DNA of 64,000 nt from the human T2T-CHM13v2.0 reference genome, Homo sapiens (GCF_009914755.1 NC_060927.1), one strand, 5' to 3'. Numbered from the stretch's first letter, positions 1-13,790 are shown. Notes: a model not told the origin generated them from the letters alone. Translations and numbers: made by a program.

Positions 1-262
1 CGGGTCTTTCCTGTGCTGTTCTCGTGATAGTGAACGAGTCTCACGAGATCTGATGGTTTTAAAAACGAGAGTTTCCCTGCACAAGCTCTCTTTTCGCCTG
101 CCACCATCCATGTCAGATGTGACTTGCTCCTCTTTGCCTTCCATGATGATTGTGAGGCCTCCCCAGCCACATGGAACTGTGAGTCCCATTGAACCTCTTT
201 CTTTTGTAAATTGCCCAGTCTTGGATATGTCTTTGTCAGCAGCATGAAAACAGACTAATACA
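1..262 (+). mobile_element. THE1 (THE1A-like) MaLR LTR, 5' end cut by window edge
   Basis: Typical THE1 text TCTCACGAGATCTGATGGTTTT...CCTCCCCAGCCACATGGAACTGTGAGTCC; ends CAGACTAATACA at 262. Confidence 0.85.
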
Positions 263-1753
263 ATAATAAACATCAAGGGCAAACTTTAAAAGTTAAGGGA
301 GACTCAGAAGTAGACTCTGTCCCTATGTCTTGGTGATGATGGAGGACTTGTGGGTTGATGGCACATTTATGAATATCACATCTCTTGCTTTTCCCCTCCC
401 CAGCAGCAGCCTCCCCAAATCACTGTTCAGCTGCTAACACCATTTAGGCCCCATGTGGACTCCCAAAGGTCCAAAGGCTAGGGTAGATGTTCCAGCGACT
501 GCACTAGACAAAACATCTATTGTCTCAAGCAATGTGCTAATAATTTAACATACATTGTCCTATTTAATCCTTGCAACATGATGCAGTTACTAGTATTATT
601 CCCATCTAATGGATAAGTTAACTAATGCTTCCAAAAGTCAAGGGAATAAATCCAGAGCCCAAGCTCTTGGGCAAAATGACATGGTGTATCCCAAGTTATC
701 ATACAGTGATGGACATATTATGCCCAATAAGATGGCACCTCATCGATATCTGATGTCTTTGGGGTACCTTGATAACAGTTATTTTCTGATAATTGAGAGA
801 CTTTAGAGAGCCAAAGATTACATAAACAGACCTCTGTATAATTTAAGGTAGCTTAAGTTTGCCCCCTCCTTCTTTTGACTTCTGGAGCTTTGTGCTAGGG
901 GCTTATAAATTTGAACTTGTACCAAACACTGTAGGCAATGTAAATATAGACAAAGCCATACTCCTTGGGTATAATATTCTTAACTACTGATAATTACAGA
1001 GAATTTATTGGAATTAGCCAAGACCTACAGGAAAGTACTTGTTTAAACACCTCTACTTTAGTTTAACCTTGGAAAACAGAATCAAGGAATTTTAGCAGTA
1101 GAGAGAATCTTGAAAATAATCTAGTTTGGTCATTATCTGACTTTGATCTGCAGAGCTTTGGGGCCCTGTTCAGTGCCTGACCAGCCAACAAGGCACCATC
1201 ATCCCCAAGTAACAGGGACAAGAGAAAGTTGAATAGGGGCTCCTGCCCTGGCCATCTTCAATGAGTGCCGATGGCAGGAACAGTGAATTGGCCCAACCAG
1301 CACCCAGTCCTGGCTTCTAGCTGGCTTCCTGTTCTGCACTGGGCCTAGGTTTGGTCAAGCAGCACAGAGGCACAGTGAGCTACATAAAAAGACTGCTATG
1401 GCTAGGGGCTTAGATCTTCTGGCAAGGACAATGTCAGTATGATTTGGGAGAAGTGTGCAGACTTTCTGACCAGACCAGACCATAGTGGCATAGGTATCGA
1501 ATGATGGGCAAGAATGACAACATTGATTCCAGCAGAAGAGGCACGTGGGATGTCAGGGGGTTTTCTCTGGGGGCTTATTCCCGGCTGGGCAACATCCATG
1601 TTCTCCAGCCCTTCCAGAGACCCTGTAGGCAAACTGGCACCTTTTAGTAAATATCTTCCTGCCCAATTAGCTAGAGTAGATTTGGTTGTTGTGACCAAGA
1701 ACCTGGATAAATTTGCTGTTATGTCTTGAAATGGTTTTTCTCTTTCTCTTTTC

Positions 1754-2063
1754 CTTTTTTTTTTTTTTTTATATTTTTTGAGATGGGGGTCTCATTCTCT
1801 TGCCCAAGCTGGAGTACAGTGGCACGATCTCAGCTCACTACAATCTCTGCCTCTCAGATTAAAGTGATTCTCCTGCCTCAGCCACCCGAGTAGCTGGGAT
1901 TACAGGCACATACCACCATGCTCAGCTACTTTTTGTATTTTTAAGTAGAGACAAGGTTCCACCATGTTGGCCAGGCCAGTCTTGAACTCCTGACCTCAAG
2001 TTATCCAACTGCCTTGGTTTCCCAAAGTGCTGAGATTACAGGCATGAGCCACCAGGACTGGCC
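1754..2063 (-). mobile_element. Alu SINE (older S/J type)
   Basis: Poly-T followed by GAGATGGGGGTCTC...CCCAAAGTGCTGAGATTACAGGCATGAGCCACC; full dimer in reverse orientation. Confidence 0.92.
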
Positions 2064-2319
2064 TGATATGGTGTTTTCTTATGATTTAATTTAACCTAAA
2101 AGTTCTGGGGGGAAAGAAAGTATGAATATCACAGATACTTTCAGTGGTCTCATTCTACACATAAAGAACATAGAGGGTCAGAGATGGAAAGTGATGAGTG
2201 GTAAGATTGAATCTAGAATCCAGTTCTCACCAGAGGCTCACCAGGAAACATTCCAGAAAGTGACCTGGCAAACCACATCCCATATAACTGTCCTGCCATT
2301 AAGAATCAACCACGTGGTC

Positions 2320-2676
<357 letters not shown>

Positions 2677-3698
2677 TCAGAAAGCTCCAGTGTCATAAAC
2701 AGAAAATTCATCACCTTTTACATATCAAACATTTTTAAATCCCCTACTGTTCACTTTCCAACATTACTTTGTGAATGTGACTGTTATTCTAATAAAATGT
2801 GAGCAGTAGTCCTCATGTTCCTCATTTTAGAAAGAAATAATATATCTGGGGACAGCTCCTTGGACACTACTTCAATCCATTTTGTTTTTTGAATTTAGAA
2901 TCTTTTCCCCCAGTAGACATAGTATCAGTGTTGATATGTTCAAAACAGTGCAGGCCTTTCAGATTCTAGTATTATGGCATAGATAAAATCCGGGACTATA
3001 GATCACATCAGAGTTGAGAGCATGAGCTCTGGTATCAGATTGGTGATCCAGGGCACATGATCTAACTTCATTAAGGTCTCAGTGGCCTCTTCTGAAAAAA
3101 ATGAGACTAATAAATAACATCTAACTGTCTCACGGGATTATTCTAAGAATTACATAGAATTCAAGCAGAAATTGCACCATGCCTAGCACACAGTTCATAC
3201 TTAATTAGCCATTATTATTACTATTATTATTGAAACTAAAACTTACCTGTGATGGAAAAAATTCCACAGCAAATTGCTTCCTGCTTTCCAGCTCCAGATT
3301 CCTTCAGGAAGAACTGAAGCCTGAGAGGCAGAGGACTCTGGAACGTCTGGAGGGCATTTAGTCGTTTGTCCCATAGTCTGCTGGCAGTTCTGTTTTCTTC
3401 TCAGGCACTGAAGTGAAAGGGAGCAGGTGCAGTTGGCTGGTATAATTCTACACTAGACATCATCCACATGGCGCAGGCTGCCACAGTCTGTGGGAACCCC
3501 ATTCTGGAAGTCTACCACTCACAGAGCCTTCCACTATCCCAGTATCATGATAAAATGGTCTACACATTCCGCCATTTGCAAAGTACTTCCCTGAACAGTT
3601 TGATTTGATCTGGAAACTGAGGAGGAAGGCCAGATGGATGCTTTTACTATGACTTCTCAGGGAGCATGTGAAAGCTGACAGACTGTCAATGGCACATT

Positions 3699-3764
3699 GA
3701 GAGGTACGTGGCTGGTAAGTGACACACTCAAATCTTCTGATTTTGGTTCAGAGCTCTCTCTCTC

Positions 3765-3802
<38 letters not shown>

Positions 3803-3862
3803 CTTGTCTGTATATATATATATATATATATGCTTGTCTGGATATATATATGCATGTGTGTG

Positions 3863-3895
<33 letters not shown>

Positions 3896-3959
3896 GTACA
3901 TGGCTGGCAAGTGACACACTCAAATCTTCTGACTTTGGTTCAGAGCTCTCTCTCTCCAA

Positions 3960-3960
<1 letters not shown>
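3699..3960. repeat. Local direct duplication of a 70-bp unit separated by (TA)n/(GA)n microsatellites
   Basis: 3699-3768 and 3891-3960 match with 3 mismatches (GAGAGGTAC...CTCTCTCTCCAAA). Confidence 0.9.
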
Positions 3961-4020
<60 letters not shown>

Positions 4021-5095
4021 CACACATATGTATACATATATACACACATACGTATACATATATACACAGATATAGGTATACATATACACATATACGTATA
4101 CATATATACATATATGTATACACATATACGTATACATATATACATATATGTATACACATATACGTATACATATATACATATATGTATACACATATACATA
4201 TATACATATATGTATACACATATACATATATACATATATGTATACACATATACATATATACATATATGTATACACATATACATATATACACATATGTATA
4301 CACATATACATATATACACATATGTATACACATATACATATATACACATATGTATACACATATACATATATACACATATGTATACACATATACATATATA
4401 CACATATGTATACACATATACACATATGTATACACATATACATATATGTATACACATATACACATATGTATACACATATACATATATGCATACACATATG
4501 TATACACATATACATATATGTATACACATATGTATACACATATACATATATGTATACACATATGTATACACATATACATATATGTATACACATATGTATA
4601 CACATATACATATATGTATACACAGATGTATACACATATATACACATATATACATACACGTATACACATATATACACATATATACATATATGTATACTTA
4701 TACGTATACATATGTATACGTATACATATATACACATATGTATACGTATACATATATACACATATGTATACGTATACATATATACACATATATACATATA
4801 TACACATATATACGTATATACATATATACATATATACATACGTATATACATATATACATATATACATACGTATATACATATACATATATACATATATACA
4901 TACGTATATACATATACATATATACATATATACATACGTATATACATATACATATATACATATACATACATATACGTATATGTGTGTATATATACATACA
5001 TATATGTATGTGTGTATATATATACACACATACATATACTTATATGTATGTGTGTATATATATACACACATACATACATAGAGAGAGAGAGAGAC
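3961..5095. repeat. Compound (TA)n/(CA)n/TATACA low-complexity minisatellite with ~28-bp higher-order unit
   Basis: Near-continuous alternating purine/pyrimidine; recurring unit TATACATATATACATATATGTATACACA; ends in (GA)n. Confidence 0.95.
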
Positions 5096-5134
5096 AGCAC
5101 AATTAACATATTTGGATAGTCAATTCTGAACCAA

Positions 5135-5595
5135 CTTATACAGCAGTGTGTACGTGTTCTCTTTTCTACACATCCTTGCCAAAATTTATCTTTCATCTTT
5201 TGATAATAACTACTGTAACAGGTGTGAAGTGATAGCTCATTGTGGTTTGGATTTGCATTTCTCTGATAATTTGTGATTTTGAGCATTTTTTAAAAATATA
5301 CATATACCTGTTGGCCACTTGTACACATTATTTTGAGAAATGTCTATTCAGATATTTTGCTCATTTTGTAATCAGGTGATTTTCTTACTATTGAACTGTT
5401 TGAGTTATTTATATATTTTGGATATTAACCCATTATCAGATGTATGGTGTGCATGAGACATATATGTCCTTCCATTCTGTAGGCTCTTTATTCACTCTGT
5501 TGATTGTTTCCTTGACTGTGCAAAAGTTTTTTAGTTTGATGTAATCCTATTCATATACTTTTGCTTTTGTTATCCGTGATCTGGGGTTCATATAT
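5135..5595 (-). mobile_element. Old L1 (L1M) ORF2 3'-region fragment
   Basis: GGTGTGAAGTGATAGCTCATTGTGGTTTGGATTTGCATTTCTCTGAT...TTTTGAGAAATGTCTATTCAGA is antisense L1 text. Confidence 0.8.
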
Positions 5596-6889
5596 AGCAA
5601 AGTCACAGACTCTTAAGAGTATATCCCATGAACTTCAGGGAGGCCTGAGGATCCTAATTAAAGTTACACTAATATAAGAGAAAAATCAAGAAAACTAGAT
5701 TTTAGCCTAGCTCTCCTATTAACCAGCAGTGGGACCTTGGATAAGGATTTAAATCCAGTCAGATTTCCCAGATGCTCTGAAGTACATGGAAGTGTTGGCC
5801 TTCTTGAGACTTCAGTTTGTTCATCTATAAAATGAAAAGGTTGAGCCAGATCATCTATAAGGCTCTTTATAGCTCCAAAACCCTCTGGTCCTTACTGAGT
5901 TGAATTACAATATGACCTTGCTTCTAGTAACTAGATAAGTCACCATTCATACATCACAAATGCATCTGCAGCCTTCTTTCTCCAAAGCTACAAAACTCAA
6001 AAACTCAGTCTCCTTTCCAAAAGATAGCTTGGATGTGATGCAAAGTTTGAGCAAAGGGATACAGACTCAAGAGTACAATGTGACCTGAATTCAAGAAAAT
6101 ATGGATTTCAACAGATGATTGGTCCAGTAGGCGAATACTTAGTTATCCATAAAAATGCAATAAGGGCAATGTTTTGCTCAAAAGTGACTGTTAACATACT
6201 CAGAGATAACAAGTATGAGAGTTCTCTACCATAAAAATAAAATGAAGTGCAGGCAAAATGGAGACAAACTTGACAGAAGAAGGTACTAAATGAAATGTAG
6301 AGGAAATTCTGTGGGCTTCAGTGTTTCCGCAAAATGTGTATAAGCCAATTGTGTCTACTCTATCTGCCAATCTTTCTTTTATAGCCTCATAGGCCCCTAG
6401 GACTAAAAGTAAGTGTGGATGTTAAATTTATGATAATAGGGGCATTGAATTCCAGTGCAATAGTCTCTAAGCGCTTTCTTATGGGGAACAATTCTGAACT
6501 CCCTTAAAGTTTTATGGTTACTGAAAGAAGAAAGATGTTACTGAAAGAATAAGAAGTACAAGCTGCCGGTGGGGCAGCTGACAGTCTTCCTCTCCCTGCT
6601 TGAAGTCTCTGGGAACTTCAAGAAGGCACTGTGTTGATGATAATTAGGTTAGCAATCAACCAAGAATAGTTTTAAACTGAACAGAGAACTGGAAAGCACC
6701 GCTCTAGTAGCTGTTCTATAGACATTTTGTTTGCTATAATGATGCCCTCCTACTGGCAGGATGTCCCTGAACTAGTCATTTTCTCTCTTACCTTACCAGA
6801 CTTGTTATGAGGACTAAGTAAGATAATAGCCAACAGTAGGAGAGATGACTGTGTTTCTAATGTATGTTGCTATATTGCTAATACAGATT

Positions 6890-7276
6890 GCAATGTGTTG
6901 CACAATTTCTCTGTCTACTTTCTAGGCACATATCTAGCCTACATTCCTCTGCTTCCCTTGCTATTAGACATAGCTATGTAACTGGGTTCTCACCAATAAT
7001 AGCATGAGCCATTTCTTAGGCTGGCCCATAGGATGTTCCCGTGTGATCCTTTATTATCTTTCTTTCTCTACACTCTGTGTGAATGAAAAAAATGTCTATA
7101 GCCATAGAGGAGGAAGAAGCAAAAAATGGAAGTCACCTGGGCCTGGAATGACTGGGTAGAGGCTACCTGGCCAGAAGCATACTCTGTTACTTGAGTATGA
7201 AATAAACTTGCCTTATTTAAGCCACTGATGGTCTTTGGTTTACTTGTTTTCAGTGACCATTATATTAACTAATACA
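6890..7276 (+). mobile_element. Old MLT1-type MaLR LTR
   Basis: Ends AATAAACTTGCCTTATTTAAGCCACTG...ACTAATACA, typical of MLT1 3' ends; boundaries approximate. Confidence 0.5.
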
Positions 7277-7710
7277 TTAATATTAGTGAGTGCTTGCTAT
7301 ATGGTAGGCACATACACACTTCTTTTTTTCCTGGTGATAGAATATACCAACATAAAATTTACCATCTTAACCATTTTAAGTGTACAGTTCAGTGTTACTA
7401 AGCACTTTCCTAACGTTATGCAACCATCACTACCAGCCATCTCCATAACTCTTTTCATCTTATAAAACTGAAACTCTACACCTATTAAAAACTCCACATT
7501 CCCTGCTCTCTGCATGCCCTGGTAACCACTGTTCTACTTTCTGTATGATTTTGACAACTTTAAGTATCTCATATAAGTGCAATAATACAGTATTTGTCTT
7601 TTTGTAACTGACTTACTCCATTTAATACAACGTCCTCATTTCATATTCATGTTGTAGGGTATGTCAGAATTTATTTCCTTTTTAAAGTTGAATAATAGTC
7701 CATTGTATGT

Positions 7711-8072
7711 TGATACGGTGTGGCTGTGTTCCCACCCAAATCTCATCTTGAATTGTAGGTCCCATAATTCCCATACGTTCTGGGAGGGACCTGGTGGGAG
7801 ATAATTGAATCATGGGGGCAGTTCCCCCATACTGTTCTCGTGGTAGTGAGTAAGTCTCACGAGATCTGATGGTTTTATAAGGGGAAGCCCCTTTCACTTG
7901 GCTCTCAATTCTCTCTTGTCTGCTGCCACGTAAGATGTGCCTTTCACTTTCCGCCATGATTATGAGGTCTCCCCAGCCACGTGGAACTGTGAGTCCATTA
8001 AACCTCTTTTCCTTTATAAATTACCCAGTCTCAGGTATGTCTTTATCGGCAGCATGAAAACAGACTAATACA
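7711..8072 (+). mobile_element. THE1 (THE1C-like) solo LTR with TSD TATGT
   Basis: TGATACGGTGTGGCTGTG...CAGACTAATACA; TATGT at 7706-7710 and 8073-8077. Confidence 0.92.
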
Positions 8073-8342
8073 TATGTATATACCACATTTCGTTTATATA
8101 GTCATCCCTCAATAGATATTTGGGTTGCTTCCATGTTTTAGTTATTGTGAGTAATGCTGCTATGTATGTGGGTGGACAAATACTTCTTTGAGACCTTGCT
8201 TTCAGTTCTTTTGGGCACACAGTCAGAAGTAAAATTGCTGGGTCATATGGTAATTTTAGTTTTAATTTTCTGAGGGACTCCCATACTGTTTTCTACTGTG
8301 GCTGTATCATTTTATAGTCCCACCCACAGTGCACAAGTATTC

Positions 8343-8761
8343 TGTATTATTCTGTTCTCACACTACTGTAAAGAAATACCCGAGAATGAGAAATGTATAA
8401 AGAAAAGAGGTTGAATTGGCTCACGGTTCTGCAGGTTGTACAGGAAGCATGGCTGGGGAGGCCTCAAGAAACTTTCAATCATGGCAGAAGGTGAAGGGGA
8501 AGCAGGCACGTCTTACATGGCCAGAGAAGGAGGAAGAAAGAGACGCGGGAGGTGCTACACACTTTCATATAACCAGACCTCATGAGAACCCTATCACAAG
8601 AACAGCTCTAGGGAGATGGTGCTAAACCATTCATGAAGGATCCACTACCATGATCCAATCACCTCCCACCAGGCCCCACCTCCCACCAGGCCCCACCTCC
8701 AACATTAGGGATTACAATTCGACATGAGATTTGGGTGGGTACACCAATCCAAACCATATCA
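8343..8761 (-). mobile_element. MST (MSTA/B-like) MaLR solo LTR
   Basis: TGTATT...GGCTCACGGTTCTGCAGGTTGTACAGGAAGCATGG...CCAAACCATATCA; internal 17-bp duplication at 8661-8700. Confidence 0.88.
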
Positions 8762-9830
8762 GGTTCCAATTTCTCCACATTCTCGCCAACACTGGTGTTT
8801 TTTGTTTTTTGTTTTTGTTTTTGTATAATAGCCATCCCAATGGGTATGAGGTAGTATTTCATTGTAGTTTTGATTTGCACTTCCCTGATTAGTGATGTTG
8901 AGCATCTTTTTTATTATTATTCTTTCAACTTTTATTTTAGACTCCGGGGGTATATGTACAGTTTTGTTACATAGGTATGCTGCATACGCACCTCTTTAAG
9001 TCTCACAGAACTCCACAATACAGGTACTATTACAGGCACAGAGAGCTTAAGTAAATTGTTCAAATTCACACAGTGTGTTGGGCTGGAATGTAAATCTAGG
9101 GACCCCAAATCATGAGCTCTGGCTCTGAATCGTTGCACTAGACTGTCTCTCTCAATACAAAAAAAAAAAAAACCCTACTAAGTGTAATGTAATGACACAG
9201 AGTTAGTTCTTAGTTTATGTTAACTATTGTTATACAGACAAAAGAGAAATCAGAATGGAGAGCAAACAATTAAAAACAAAGAAAATTCTAAAATTCTATC
9301 AACCGAAATCTTTACATAAGCAAACAAATATTTTTATTTTTTAATAACGTTTGGCTGGCTAAAGGTAAACAGTAAGGAAACAGAAAAAGTTGAATATGTT
9401 AACCTGATAATCCAAAGTGTAGTTTATATCTATAGATCAATAACCAAAATAGCATTTTAAACAAGTTTGTTTATTATATGTGATAGCAAATAATTGAGAG
9501 AGTCCTTATTTCTCACCAACAAAAAGTTGGTAGAATTATGCAGCCATTGAGCATTATAGCTTCAAAGACTTTTTAATGATATGAAGAAAATACTCATGAA
9601 ATAATGTGACCCGATTACATAAAGACATTCATTTATTGATTCATTTATTTTAAAAAAGTTTGAGTACCTATTACATGGTATAGGCCCTAGTCTATGAGCT
9701 GGTCACATCATCCCTCTCCAAAGAGTATATGGTCTAGCTTTCAGTGCAGGCTTTGTAAATAGACTGGCAGAGTTCCTCTTCTAGGGCTTAGTTTCTTTAT
9801 CTACAAAATAAAGAAGTTGGATTTGATGAC

Positions 9831-10191
9831 TGATATGGTTTGGCTGTGTCCCCACCCAAATCTCATCTTGAATTGTAGCTCCTATAATCCCCACATGTCG
9901 TGGGAGGGACCCAGTGGGAGGTAATTGCATCACGAGGGTGAGTTTTTCCTGTGCTGTTCTCATGATAGTGAATAAGTCTCAAGATCTGATGGTTTTCTAA
10001 GGGGCAGTTCTCCTGCACATGGTCTCTTGCCTGCTGCCATGTAAGATGTGCCTGTGTTCCTCCTTTGCCTTCTGCCATGATTGTGAGGCCTCCCTAGCCA
10101 TGGGAACTATGAGTCCATTAAATCTCTTTTTCTTTATAAATTACCCAGTCTTGGGTATTTCTTCATAGCAGTATGAAAATGGACCAATACA
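9831..10191 (+). mobile_element. THE1 (THE1D-like) solo LTR with TSD ATGAC
   Basis: TGATATGGTTTGGCTGTGTCCCCACCCAAATCTC...GGACCAATACA; ATGAC at 9826-9830 and 10192-10196. Confidence 0.92.
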
Positions 10192-10344
10192 ATGACTGTC
10201 AACATCTCTGCAACAACTAAGTTCTACAAGTGGAAACAGGACCCTTTATTCAGTCAGGAATAAAACATTATTTGATATATCTGCAAAGCTGCAACTCAAC
10301 TAAAATTGTAACAGCACCATAAACCTATTAATGTTAGTTCTATT

Positions 10345-10458
10345 TAGAACCGCCCACCATCTTGGTTTATCCAAGACTAAGGTGTGACCTGAGATGTTGA
10401 GATTTTTAGGACTAAAACCTGGAGATTCCCAGGCAAACTAAGATGGTTGGTCACTTTA
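10345..10458. mobile_element. Short hAT MITE (MER81-like)
   Basis: CTAAAACCTGGAGATTCCCAGGCAAACTAAGATGGTTGGTCAC resembles MER81. Confidence 0.5.
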
Positions 10459-11929
10459 GTTCTATGTCAAATTTTTAAGCTTAAATGCAAAAACTAGTTT
10501 TAATTACAGAAACGTCAATTAATCCCTTTTTTGTGTTGGGATGTTTCATATGCAGTAAACAAACAAACAAACAAACAAAACCCGAGAAGAACAGGAACTA
10601 CGTATATGTAGTAAACCCACTCATTGTCAAAAATTCTTAGAGAAACAATACATTTGGTATGAAAGTTAACAATGATCACAATAGTCACAAAATTTTAAGC
10701 TACAGTCATCACCCTCTAAGAGCTTGGTGGTGGTTGTTTTAAAATCATAATTTCAGTTCAGAAATTGGAAAGAACTCTGACTACCGGTACTCTATTAATA
10801 TTTCAATTAGAGAGAGACATATTTTCAACTTTGAAAAATTGCAGTTTTAAGAGGCATATGATAATTTTCTTTTCAAAATACAGATGTTCTTCTAAAGATT
10901 ATTCAAATACGACTGTCTTCTGAAGTTTCATCTTTCTTTTTTTTCCTCATTTATCACATAGATCAGTACAATTAGGCTAACACCAATGATAATGTTCCTT
11001 CAAACCAAAGCTAAAGAACCTCAAGGGGCTGGTAGGGGAATCCAGAGGGGTTTGTAGTGTCTCAACACAGCCAATCGAGGGGCAAGAACTCTTTACATCA
11101 ACAATAAGACCTTGCTCTCCTGGGAACTCTTGGGCTCTTGTCTCCAATTCCGTTCTCCTTCAAAAATTCCAAGGTCTTCTACCACACCTTAATAAATAAC
11201 TATTAAGTGCTTTTTTACTAACTAATAAATTCAGGATCCCAGGACTGGGTGAGCTCATTAGGAGTAATTCAGATGGATTTGAGCTCTTTAAGCAAGAAGC
11301 AAGTAAGAGATTTGGTTATGCTGGTTCATTGATTCCTCTTCGTCCAATGATGCAAAAATGCGTGTTTCCTCTTCATCCATCCCAATGACAAGGAGCTTTT
11401 AAGTGTCAGTTAACAAGACAGTCCCGAAACCCCTTTGCAGAGTTAAAAAAGGGTAATTTCTAAAATTTGGACCAATTACCAATTCAGGCAATTCAGCAAA
11501 TTTCTAATAATTACACCACATTTCAGACTCTTTCATAATTGTCATGCTCATTTTTCCTCTTCTGTCCACAGCAAGCCCCATCCTCTCACCCAAATTCCTT
11601 CCCCCATCCCTGACACACATTTCTTCCTAATGATAATGCTCTTCTCTCTGTCTGGAACCAAATGCATGCAGTGGTCAAGTAGAAATGGGAAAAGCTGCCT
11701 TTCTCACTCTTGCCTTGGGGAAGAGGGAAATTAGTTTAAATAAATGATATGCTAATTTGAAAAGAAATGAATCGAACAGTGGAGAGACAGAGTCCATTTC
11801 CTCCACTGGAGCAGCTAGTGCCTTTGAGATATTCTGTCACATGCGGAATCATTATCCCACCTGTCTGAATTGATGTCTTGTTTTAGTCTTCAATACCTGC
11901 CTAATAATGCCTAGAGCTTACATCTGTCG

Positions 11930-12160
11930 TTGAATGCTTACTATATACTAAGCACTGTCCTAAGCATTTTACATGTTTACTCCCACTTAACCATCACAAT
12001 CCTTTGGGATAAGTACTGATATTAACCCTACTTTAGAGCCAAGGAAATTAAGCCTTAAAGAGATAAAGTGACTTGCCATTAGGGACACAGCTCATAAATT
12101 GCAGGGCTGGGACCTAAGCAGTGTTGGCCTGGTTTCAAAATTCACACCTTGGTCCCTGAC
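11930..12160 (-). mobile_element. MIR SINE
   Basis: TGAATGCTTACTATATACTAAGCACTGTCCTAAGCATTTTACATG...AAGTGACTTGCC MIR core. Confidence 0.7.
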
Positions 12161-13619
12161 TCACACCATTCTCATGAAGTCTCTTCCAAAACCTGGAGGC
12201 TGTTCTAGATCTGGCCTCCCAAGAGCAACTCTCACCATCATTAATTGCTCCGACTGCTCCTCCAAGACCTACCTCTGTAAAGCTCCTCCTTGAAGGGCAC
12301 AACCTCATCTCTCTTCCACTCCCAGGAAGGCAGGCTGGAAACCTAATAGAGACTCCCTAAGAAACCTGCATTCTATCTTTCCCTGACCATTCAATTTCCG
12401 TACTTCCACCAGAGCCCAACTTCTATCAGACAAACTCCATGCTATCTGCATGCTAACTCCATGGATAATCTGCATGAAAAGGGGGGAAAGAGACAAAATC
12501 ATGTTACAAAACTTGGGCAAGGGTCTAGACTCAACTTGCTTTGAAAGATCTTAAATCTTCCCATTCATTTGTAGACAGCAGTGGGCCTTTTTCTTCCTCT
12601 GCTCTGCACGACCTTCTAGCCCAAGTGCTAGTATCACCTTTTCCTAAAGACTTTTAAGACAAACTGTGACCATTTATGTCTACATGACACAGTTTCAGGA
12701 TAACAAAGTGTGAAGACACACAAAGACGTCAAACATTTATCAGAGACCTACGCGAAACGCCAATAAATGTTACAGGGATCAAGAATATGGTTACTGACAT
12801 TGAATGTATCCTGTGGCTTTGAAGAATCCAAAGGATGATTCTCGAATAATGTATCCTTCCAAATTCTCCAGAAGTTCTAAGTTTAGACATCATAATGAAA
12901 TGTCACCACGTTCCTCTGCCAGAAGTTGTTCAGTACTGAGGGGCTAATGATGCTTTCGCTTAAAGCCGATTCCCCCAATAAAGGGTGCCAAGGCTTTTCT
13001 GAAGCCCTGCTTCCGGCTGGCGACTTTGAAGCTGAGACGCAGGTTCACGCGCAGTTTCCGAAGACCTATTCCGTCCCCACCCTCCTCCCCTTCCTCGGAG
13101 ACACCTCCACTTAACACTGCCTTCTCAGTCCCTCGCCGCCTGTTTAAACACAACTTCCGCCCCTCACAAATCAGAAAGCTGTAATTTCAAAGTTTCAGAA
13201 ACGTTTTCGGAAAGCCTCCTCCAATGGGAAGCGACTTCGCCGCTGAGTTAAGCGTCCGAATCCTCCTTCCCGCGGCAGGGACACCGGCCCGGGCCAGGTC
13301 TGCGGAGGACGCCCCCGGGCGCGCACACACAGCCCGAGGACGCGCCCTGTATTTTAAGACGCAGGGTCGGATTTCACCCCGAAACTTGGCTCCCACAGCC
13401 CCAGGCCGAACTGTGTCTGGTTCTCAGCCCCCGAGCCCGAGTTCTACGCCGCAAAGAGATGGGGCCCCATTGTGCCTAGCTGGCCTCCTAGCACGGACGT
13501 GTATTTTCTTTTGCTAAAAACCGGCAGTGCGCTTCGCCTCCCTGCCCAGCCGCAGCCTGCCGTCCCCTAGACAAAAAGCGGCGACCGCGGCCCGGCCACC
13601 CGAGCCCCGCCGCGCTGCG

Positions 13620-13790
13620 CCTTTGTTGGGCGGTCCACAGATGGTGCCCAGCACGGGGCCGCGCCGAGGGCGGGGGCGGGAGGCCGCGAAGAGGGTCGGG
13701 CGGGAGGGGAGGAGACGGCGGAGCAGCCAATCCGCGCGCGGCCCATCAGCTGACCGCCTTTGCTTACACCAGGTGCACGCCGGCTGCGGG
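13620..13790 (+). promoter_or_regulatory. LRRN1: TATA-less core promoter: GC boxes, CCAAT box, E-boxes
   Basis: GGGCGG boxes at 13668-13704, CCAAT 13727-13731, CAGATG 13638-13643, CAGCTG ~13747, CAGGTG ~13770; TSS inferred near 13790. Confidence 0.65.

Larger units (their letters stand above)
7320..8910 (-). mobile_element. L1MB-type 3' end interrupted by two MaLR LTRs
   Basis: AAAATTTACCATCTTAACCATTTTAAGTGTACAGTTCAGTG start; L1 text resumes after 8077 and after 8761. Confidence 0.8.

Noticed and set aside
3657-5286. Long ORFs of 300-450 aa on both strands (Y/I/H/T/M/C-rich)
   Set aside because: Artefact of an alternating purine-pyrimidine repeat, which lacks stop codons in every frame.
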